From assembly GCA_964016885.1 (NCBI GenBank), contig OZ024753.1, positions 28,086,001 to 28,150,000 on the forward strand: a DNA stretch of 64,000 nucleotides. The letters are read 5' to 3'. Under the pieces are notes generated by a model, which saw only the letters and a list, made by a program, of their open reading frames with translations, was not told where the DNA came from and ran no database searches. Made by a program: the position numbers and the translations under genes. The stretch is from Eledone cirrhosa. Lineage: Eukaryota. The stretch's first letter is position 1; the number at the start of each line of letters is the position of its first letter. This document shows, piece after piece, positions 54,770 to 64,000 of the stretch.

Positions 54770-55669
54770 GTGTGTGAAGGTTAGATGATGGAGATAGAGC
54801 CAGACCTATTTCGTTAGCTAGAAAGAAAGAGAAAGAATGAGAAAAAAATTAACGGCTAGATAGAAACAAAAATACACACACGCACTGCATGTTGTCATAC
54901 AGACATCACACAATATATCGCTCAGACAGACCCATGCATTCAACTAACTCAGACACATACATACAAACAGTGGGAGGTGGTAGAATTGGTAGAGCGACGA
55001 ACAAAATGGCTTAGCATAGAATTTGTTTACATGCCTGTATGTTCTGAGTTCAAATCTCAACTAGGTACACGTTATTTATTATTCTTTCGAGGTCGAATAG
55101 AATAAGTCACAGGGTCGTCTGCACTCTAGAATATTGTAGCCCAGCAAGGACAGATTTCAATGACGGAAACCAGTAAAAGAGTAAAAGAATTAGCACACAA
55201 ACACACTGAGAAGCTGGCACACGCGAGCACACATAAACATAAACATTGACCCACATTCATACGCACGCACATAGGCATTGGCGCACACTCATGCGCACAA
55301 TCACATCCATACATACATCTGACCATTTTCGCTAAGTCGTGCAGACAGATATGAAAGTCGACCACGTCTATATATATAGTTATTGTGTATAAAATTATAC
55401 ACACACACAAACATATATATATATATATATACATACGTGAGTCTACACGTGTCAACTTGTTGACCAAGTTTTGTTGTGGAAAATTCGAAGAATATGGATA
55501 ACAATGGAAGAGATGTTCGCAACAGGTTAGTCAAGCATTTAATCAACCATTCGTTTCGCATGCTGTTGTTACTAGTTGTATCTTGTACGCCAGTTTCTAA
55601 TTATGTGTATATATATATATATATATTTATAAGATTTCTGTGGTAACCGCCCCCACCGATAAAAATCAG

Positions 55670-55737
<68 letters not shown>

Positions 55738-55874
55738 AATTCACGAGTTTAATGAGCTATTGATTCCAGAGTCGGCCCCGATCGATACGCATCGAACCTT
55801 CAGCTGATCAATCGCGAAACGAGCGTCACACCTGAATAAACTTAATGATGGTACTTTGACACTTCGTTCTTACT

Positions 55875-55930
<56 letters not shown>

Positions 55931-57712
55931 CTGTTTTAGGGCGGGGGTCATGTTCCTAATAAAAACACAGAATGAAAAGACAGATATATGAGTAGGTTGT
56001 AGTTTTCAAGTTTTCTTCGTCGTTGTTGTTTAGTTCTACATTAGCAATGCGAGCAGACGTATGGCCCAAGGTATTCCTGCCATCAACAGCCCATCATCTT
56101 TTCAGATATAGTATATCTAAGACTACATTATCCAATCTGTTTTTCTTGGGTTTTTTCTTCTTTTTTTAAAGATGGTATATGATTTAGGAGTAATTTGGCT
56201 GCTATTTCTAGCTGGTTCTGTGACGACGTAGGGACTTCCTGATTTGTCAGAAGTTAATAACCATAAAGTGTAGGCGTTAGTAGAAATGGCAGGACTCTGC
56301 TGCCTTTTCTCTACTTTCTCTTCTTTTTTCATTTCTCATACATTCTTTTCTTCCCTCTCATACATACATTCTGTCTATTTCTTTCACGTCCTCTTTATTT
56401 ATGTTGTTATCTTTCTTTTCTGTCTGGTGTTATTGGTGGTGGTTATATGTTGCGTGATCGAACATACAAGGGATCAAAGGTGCTCCAGTCGTGGCTGGAT
56501 TCCTATTTTTTTGTAGTTTATGGACTATCTACAAAACAATAAGGTGTAGTTTGAGGGAGATTAGACGGCTATTCCTAGTGATTTTGATAAACTTTTACAA
56601 AACCATATATAAAATAAAGCCCCCTTCCCCGAGTTAACTATAAAACGAATAATTTCCGACGGATTTGAAGGTCAGATTCATTCAAGCCACACCAAAACCC
56701 ATAGGAAAGACGCGAGATTTTGAAGGTGGGGTGGTGTAATTTACTTATATTATAACCTTTTTAGTTAACCTCGGCGGGATTTGAACTCAGAATGGCAAGG
56801 GCCGTAACGCATAGAGTTACGGTCCTTACCATTCTGAGTTCAAATCCCGCGGAGGTTAACTTTGCCTTTCATCCTTACTAGGTCAATAAAATAAAGTACC
56901 AGTAATGCACTGAGTAATTGCTGACCTTGTGCCAAAAGTAGAAACAATTATAACCTTTTTGACACTAAACATGTTTTTATGTTGCAGGGAGGTGGTGGTG
57001 ACATTTTTAAAGTCAGGGTGAAATATAGAACAAAGAACCGTAGATGTTCCCATGTTGGCTAGTTATGGTTCGTGTTGTATGATTATGGTTGTTATTTAAC
57101 CCCAGGTCAGCTATGATCCACCAAAATCTATGATGAAAGAGGTGGCATCCATCTTTTATTCAGGCATGGTTTATCTAGGAGTATATTATTCTCATGTTGT
57201 AGTAGTGTGGCTCCATGTCCACGCATATTCGACTTTGATTGAACAGACCTATGATCAAAGCAGAGGCGGTGGAACTACCAAAACACACATCTATTTGTAT
57301 ATGCGCTACAATTTATGTACATGTTATGTTTATCGCTTATAGGAGTGTTTATATATCTTGGTTGATATTTGATAATAACAGCTAAGCTAATCACTAAAAC
57401 TAAATTGACCAAACGTAGCCCCCCCCCCCCCCTCCAATTCAGAAATGCTTCCACTGCCCCTGATAGGCATTCTATTTGATTACTCCGTCCTTTGGTCTAT
57501 CTAATGTGTTCTTCCTTTTTAAAGAAAGTAGAGTGAAATTTGGCTGCTATATTTAGGAAGTGACCACGTGGAGACTTCCTCTTACATTTGATTCATTTGT
57601 TGCTGCTGTCGTTGAATCTGATGAAATCTGATCAACATAAAGGTCAACAGTTAAATACTGCAGCTTAACGTTGTAAGTATCATTAACAAATATAAGTTTC
57701 AAATTTGCAGGC

Positions 57713-57786
57713 GGCCGGTTAGCTCAGTTGGTTAGAGCGTCGTGCTAATAACGCGAATGTCGTGGGTTCGAGCCCCATACTGGCCA
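57713..57786 (+). tRNA. tRNA-Ile (anticodon AAT), second copy
   Basis: Identical to the 35602 copy except one acceptor-stem base (ACTGGCCA); TTTTT terminator downstream. Confidence 0.94.
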
Positions 57787-58384
57787 GATAACTCATTTCT
57801 TTTTATTTATTTGTGTGGGTGGAATGTTTTGTTTTAGATGTATGAAATAAAAGCGAATTAAAGTGGAAGGGAAAACCTGACAATGTCAAAGAATCGATAA
57901 CATTATCAACAATAAGTTTTTTAATTAATTAAAATATTGATGATTTTACTGAAAGGAATTACTTTCTCTGAGATAACTTGCGCATACAAATGTAAGCATG
58001 TCTCGTTTCGCAACCATGTGGTTCAGGTTTCAGTCTCAATCAACGGAACAACCTGCTTATGAAATTTTAACCCTTTAGCATTTACATTAGTCTATATTTT
58101 TGTGGTAAAGGCTTTATCTTACATAATTATCTCACATACTACTACCATAACATCAGTATAAACAGCTGTTTATTGCCAGTTTGAACAAAAAGAGGTGAGA
58201 GAATTCTGGCTGGATACAGCCAGTTTGCTTCTTCTTCCGTTGTTATTCGCCTGATCGAAGATCAGTGATTAGATTCCAGGAGGTCGACAAACTTGGTCCC
58301 TGTCTATGTAGATGAGCAGTTCACAGGCACGTGACCCCATAACATATTTCTCAGAGAGATTCAGTTAACACAATGTGTGTCATC

Positions 58385-58552
58385 CTGTACCGGATTTAGG
58401 ACAAATGAGGCCCTGTGCTAGTTAAGTTATAAGGCTCCTTACTTGGGCCCTGAAGGAGGTAAACACTTTTGGGAGGCAGGAAGATAGCACCCTCCTGGCC
58501 AACGGGGCCCTGTGCTTAGGTGTGCTTAAGCACAATGGTAAATCTGGCACTG
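58385..58552. mobile_element. MITE (CAGTGCCGGATTTA-type TIRs); second copy at 59220-59389
   Basis: Two ~170-bp similar copies with imperfect terminal inverted repeats. Confidence 0.6.
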
Positions 58553-59393
58553 GTTGCAGCCCACCTGATGGTCTTTTACAAGAGTTAGGCCGACGTGAGG
58601 CTATAGTAAATGACACGTGTCTAGTAAGATTGAACCATGGACCTAATGATTACAACCATTCGGTCATGCTACGTCTACAACCGGCCAAGATAAATATAGA
58701 TTACTAAATAATTATTTTGACACATATAACAGTGGAAGAGTAAAGTTTATAATAAATACAGTGTAGTTGAGGTGACATTTGTGATGGAAGTCAGCTGTGT
58801 GTCTTTAGTTTTCCTCTCATTATATGTATGTGTTTGTGTATATGTACTTTGTATTTCAATTTTTGTATATATGTTTAGGTTCTTTCAATCTCTTATTTTC
58901 GTTTATGTTTACCTTCACAACTGTTACATTTTCTTTCCACTCCTTGGAAGCTGCCCTGCCTCTCTCTAACGTGACAGTTCACTTCTTGCTTTGTTTTATA
59001 CAAACATATAACCTACTTTATGACCTGACTGTGCCAAACCATCACTATTTTCTTCATGATGAATTAACGAGTGAGTCTCCCCATTGATTACTCTTCTTGA
59101 AATAAAATAAATAAACCAAAATCTCCCTGTGAATAACAGACCTAATTTAATGTCTTAAAGAAAAATGCATTCTTCTTCTTCTTCTTCTTCTTCTTCTTCT
59201 TCTTGTGTATGAGACTTGCTAGTGCCAGATTTAGGGCAAATGAGGCCCTGTGCTTGATAAGTTATGAAGCCCCTTACTGGGGCCCTGAAGGAGGTAAAAA
59301 CATTTTGGCAGGAAGATAGCACCCTCCTGGCCAACGAGGGTTCTGTGCTTAAGCACATCTAAGCACAATGGATGGTAAATCCAGCAATGGAGG

Positions 59394-61429
59394 TATAGCG
59401 AATTACTGGTTGTATGAATGTAACAAAACGAGACATGGTTTGTGTGTATAATATTTAATTAACAATGGTAGATAGTATAGTTGACATGTCAAAGATGAGG
59501 ATGATGTTAGAATGAAGCAAAGTTAGTAGTTACCGTTTTGATTGCCAGGCAAACGCGGCTGGCAGAGGACGCCTGGCTAAGGCCAGGCGCCTGTTGGCCA
59601 AATTAATGGCAGAGCCAAATGAGAGGCTCTTGACCTGGTGCCGAAAAGGCAAAGAGAGAAAGGAAGCTTAAAGTTGTTAGTTTTATAGGGCTCTGACCGG
59701 AAGTTGCAGAAAGGGTTCCACCTCCCGTCTAGATCCCAATCAAAACAAGGGAGACAACCGCTACATAACCTCCCGCCAGAATTTTAGTGTATAAAAATCG
59801 AAATGAAAATATGTAGCAAGTTGGCGAGAATGTTGTAACAGGCATGAAAATTACGACAAAAGAATGTTTGGAAAAATCAATGATAGATATCAAGGTAGCC
59901 AACCGCTCTTGGCCAGAGAACGACTGGACATCCATCTATCCATCACCCAAAGATACAATGTAATAAAGTAAAAGTAATAGAAGAGCTCAAAGTTCAAAAT
60001 ATAGTTCACAGGTGTGCAATCACATGACAGCAGGAAAGAAAGTGTGTTCCAGAGAATGAATGCAGGTGGTTTCTGTTCTGTGGTATATCGTGAAATTTCC
60101 AACCTCCGAATGGATTTTCTCACAGGAAGAGTGCTGCAAAAATAAATTCTCTGGCTTTGGTGAAGCTGTGTTGATGTATTGCTGTTGCTGCTGCTGTTGT
60201 CTCGCTGAGTGAGCGTATTCGGTGTTTAAATTCACAGTAAAAATTTTTTTTTAGAAAAAATGAGTTGCGCAAAGTGCTAGAAATAGCAGCCGAAGTTGAT
60301 GGTCGATGTTGAGAATGCGTTGACCTGGAAGGGTCAAGAGGCCAGCGACCAGAGAAATAAGCACTCTTAATAAATGCGCGGTTATCAACGGTAAATTTAC
60401 ATTGTAAATTTATAAACCGGCAAATAGAAGAATATAGCTTAAGGCTGAAGAATCCTTGGTGAGAAATGTTATCTCTGGCGTGCGGCTGTCTGTGAGTAGA
60501 GACATCTCTGTGAATCGAGAATTTGTGCTGCCTACACGTGCCAATACAAGGTTGAAAAAAATAATATTTCTAACGCGCGAGAAAATGATAGTGCAATTTT
60601 GAAAGTGACAATGATGAAAAAGAAAGGCCTCACTCAGCATAATTATTGGTGTGAACTTTTGGAAAAAAAAAACTTGAACGATGAAGAAAACGACGAACAA
60701 AAAGGCAATGGTTCATCGAAAATAAATGTTTTTTTAAAGAATATCAAATTTATTTTTTTTTTTTTTTTTTGGTGTTTTAACAGAGTTCGTTGTAAGAAAC
60801 GAGAAACATATATATATATATTAGTGAAATGCGACAGTTAATTGATGCGTGAGAGAAAAAGTCTGTCTGTGCGAATTCCACATGTGCGTGTGTGCGTGTC
60901 CTTGAGTATTTTCATAGTTTGTCGCTAAATTTGCTGTGTATTCGTAATGTTACTCACAAAACCAGATGTGCTATTTTTTTCTTTTTTTTGGGGGGGGGGG
61001 GTGACCACTTATAGCGATGAACGGCTGCGTGTTCGTATCACGTCAGGGTTACCAATATAGCGAGGATACTGGGTTGTATGAATGTAACAAAACGAGATAT
61101 AGTTTGTGTGTATAATATTTAATTAACAATGGTAGATAGTATAGTTGACATGTCAAAGATGAGGATGATGTTAGAATGAAGCAAAGTTAGTAGTTACCGT
61201 TTTGATTGCCAGGCAAACGCGGCTGGCAGAGGACGCCTGGCTAAGGCCAGGCGCCTGTTGGCCAAATTAATGGCAGAGCCAAATGAGAGGCTCTTGACCT
61301 GGTGCCGAAAAGGCAAAGAGAGAAAGGAAGCTTAAAGTTGTTAGTTTTATAGGGCTCTGACCGGAAGTTGCAGAAAGGGTTCCACCTCCCGTCTAGATCC
61401 CAATCAAAACAAGGGAGACAACCGCTACA
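59394..61429 (-). mobile_element. Non-autonomous Gypsy-type LTR retrotransposon (LTRs 59394-59765 and 61056-61429)
   Basis: Near-identical ~373-bp direct repeats with termini TATAGCG/CGCTACA, 4-bp TSD GAGG, tRNA-Trp PBS at 61023-61054, and a short PPT (reverse complement GGCGGGAGG) next to the other LTR. Confidence 0.88.
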
Positions 61430-61999
61430 GAGGTATTGGTGGATGAAAAACAAAACTTGTCCAGGAGCAGATGAACTAATGACAGCCAGTGGCCATCTTG
61501 TTGTGTATATATAACCTGACCATACACACATATACATGCATATATATATGTATATATGTGTGTGTGTAATTAAGCGTATACTTACAGCTATACACCTGCA
61601 CATATATATATTCATACATTCACTCACACTTACATGCATACACGCATATATACATAGACAGATAGACATGCATACATACATCCATACAGAAACATATACA
61701 GACAGACAGACAAACAAACATATACATACATGCAGACAGACAAACATATACATACATACAGACAGACAGACATATATATACATACATACAGACATATACA
61801 TACAGATAAATAAACAGACAGACAGAACATATTATGTTTGTTTAATGTTTTGATTTAATTACTCAACATTCATATCTCCCTTCTCTCTGTGACAGGAGAG
61901 TGAAATTTGATGCAATTCATTGACAGATGGCGCTATTTATAATTTCCAAAATTTAACAAGGAATAGGAACCATTTTTATTTTCTACTTCGCAATACTTA

Positions 62000-62280
62000 C
62001 AGTTACTAACTCTAATGATGATAACTTTAATACTAACAGCTACTAACTCTAATACTGATAACTTTAATAATAACAGCTACTAACTCTAATACTGATAACT
62101 TTAATATTAACAGCTATTAACTCTAATACTGATAACTTTAATACTAACAGCTAGTAACTCTAATACTAACAGCTAATATCTTTAATACTAACAGCTAATA
62201 TCTTTAATACTAACAACTAATTACTCTAATACTAACAGCTAATAACTTTAATACTAACAACTAATTACTCTAATACTATT
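62000..62280. repeat. ~18/36-bp degenerate minisatellite (TAACTCTAATACTAACAGC)
   Basis: Direct reading. Confidence 0.85.
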
Positions 62281-63026
62281 TACATATATATGTATACATA
62301 TATATAATCAAGTATATAGATAGAAAAATTATCTTTTAAATCATATTTAATTCCTTACAGATGTTTCAAGAGTGTTGTATACCCAACTATTCAAATCATG
62401 TTATGTGATAAATCATATATTCAATATCTATACATACACAATGATATATATAGGTATATATTGGAGAGATATATATTAGTATATATGTACTTCACGATCA
62501 TTGGAGAGATAAAATAACATTAAATAGAAGCAGTGTCCTAAATACAATACGTACCTTAGGCAGAATGGAGGATCATTGAGCCTTCTATATTAGTTTTACC
62601 TTTGCTATCATCATCATCATCGTCATTTAATGTCCATTTTCCATGTTAGCATGGGTAGGATGGGCTGTCCCTTTCTGAGAGATCAGTTTCACTCACACAG
62701 AACTAATTTTGGCTTGGTTTCTACGGATGGATGCCCATATATATATATATATATATCGGCTTAAATTTGGAATGAGAATCTCATTCCAATTTTAAGCTTA
62801 CCTTAACTAGCAACTACACAGCCAATCCTATTCTCCATATATTTTATATATATATATATATATATATTTATCAAAATAACAGTGTGAAAGCAGTGATTCT
62901 TTGCTTAAACTTTAATCTGTTATTTTAATAAATATTTGCTCTATGGTTGTTATATATTTGATATATATTTATCCTTATCGAGCCCTCTTTGGATTTTAGT
63001 CTTCACATTTATTATTACTATATGTA

Positions 63027-63431
63027 TCTGCTGGACACCACCAGAGGGCGTTAGCCCCGGTGTTTGCATAGCTACGGGTTCCTAAAACCATATTTCTTTA
63101 GAAATATGAAATTTCTATACATATTGTATAAAGCTATGCTTGAAGCGAAATCTTATTTCTTTTCTATTATAAGTTGAGCCAACTTATGCAGCTTCATATG
63201 CAAATGAGATTAATCACCTCATTTACACAGACGAGAAAACTATATATTCTCGACTGTTTTCAGGTCCAGCAGTAGCAAGCGGAGGGAGAGACCGTCCTGA
63301 CGAAGGCCAGTCAAGCCTGAAATGCATAGATGGTTGTCCTCGTTGCTTCTGCTGGACACCACCAGAGGGTGTTAGCCCCGGTGTTTGCATAGCTACGGCT
63401 TCCTAAAACCGTATTTCTTTAGAAATACGAA

Positions 63432-63440
<9 letters not shown>
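63027..63440 (+). mobile_element. Retrozyme-like 321-nt non-coding unit with 93-nt terminal redundancy (family B)
   Basis: Direct repeats at 63027-63119 and 63348-63440; a single hammerhead; ends in (TA)n. Confidence 0.8.
63291..63334 (+). ncRNA. Minimal type I hammerhead ribozyme, family B (intact)
   Basis: ACCGTC-CTGACGA-AGGC cagtcaa GCCT-GAAA-TGCA-TA^-GATGGT. Confidence 0.85.
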
Positions 63441-63474
<34 letters not shown>

Positions 63475-63476
<2 letters not shown>

Positions 63477-63905
63477 AAGTTTTCTTTAAATTGTTGGGTT
63501 AACAACGAGTAAATATTTATAACTGATATAAAAGCACTCAACAAGTATTTGGAGTATATTTACGATATTAAATAAATGGAAACTATATTTATAAAACCAT
63601 ATTTATTTCATTATATATATTTCAGGGATATCATATTAAAAATATCATATTAAAAATATGCTATGCCTTCCTCAGACAAAATACAATATAAACAGTCTTA
63701 TAAATAGATAGATTCGACATACCTTTCAACATCGACTACCAATTCAACTTTTCAAATTGAAGTCGATGTTGAAAGGTATAAGACTGTTTATATTGTATTT
63801 TGTCTGAGGAAGGCATAGCATATTTTTAATATGATATCCCTGAAATATATATAATGAAATAAATATGGTTTTATAAATATAGTTTCCATTTATTTAATAT
63901 CGTAT
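63475..63905. mobile_element. Fold-back family D insertion with a hammerhead in each arm (63604-63683 minus, 63796-63861 plus)
   Basis: Inverted arms spanning 63561-63905; TATTTTGT-CTGAGGA-AGG...CCT-GAAA-TATATA-TA-ATGAAATA. Confidence 0.8.
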
Positions 63906-63919
63906 ATATATATATATAT

Positions 63920-64000
63920 ATTTATTAAAATAACAGATTAAAGTTTAAGCAAAGAATCGCTGCTTTCACCCTTTACGGGATCTTCTGAAACTAACAAAGT
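63920..64000 (-). mobile_element. End of another family E (Naiad-like) pLTR with hammerhead variant at 63942-63992; continues beyond the window
   Basis: Reverse complement: AGTTT-CAGAAGA-T-CCC gtaaa GGG-T-GAAA-GCA...TGC-TT-AAACT. Confidence 0.75.

Noticed and set aside
61023-61054. tRNA-Trp gene
   Set aside because: Only the 3' portion with encoded CCA is present, adjacent to an LTR; it is better explained as a primer-binding site.

Overview
AT-rich, repeat-dominated animal genomic DNA. The SINE/RTE repertoire and the very long (TA)n/(TG)n/(TATG)n tracts suggest a cephalopod (octopus-like) genome; this is inference. One host gene is clear: a + strand, 7-exon Hillarin/kyphoscoliosis-peptidase-like gene (14326-22454) whose transglutaminase-like catalytic triad is substituted. 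There are also two tRNA-Ile(AAT) genes. The rest is mobile DNA: RTE and CRE-type LINE fragments, tRNA-derived SINEs, Helitrons, a mariner relic, hAT and piggyBac MITEs, a non-autonomous Gypsy-type LTR element with a tRNA-Trp PBS, a solo LTR, and Penelope-like elements (PLEs) with inverted pseudo-LTRs. The main non-obvious signal, read by eye, is about 22 type I hammerhead ribozyme (HHR) motifs in about 8 sequence families. They lie in PLE termini, in short non-coding fold-back insertions in (TA)n tracts, and in a 321-nt terminally redundant retrozyme-like unit. In one fold-back the inverted arm starts exactly at the predicted self-cleavage site. Most long ORFs in the supplied track are microsatellite artefacts.
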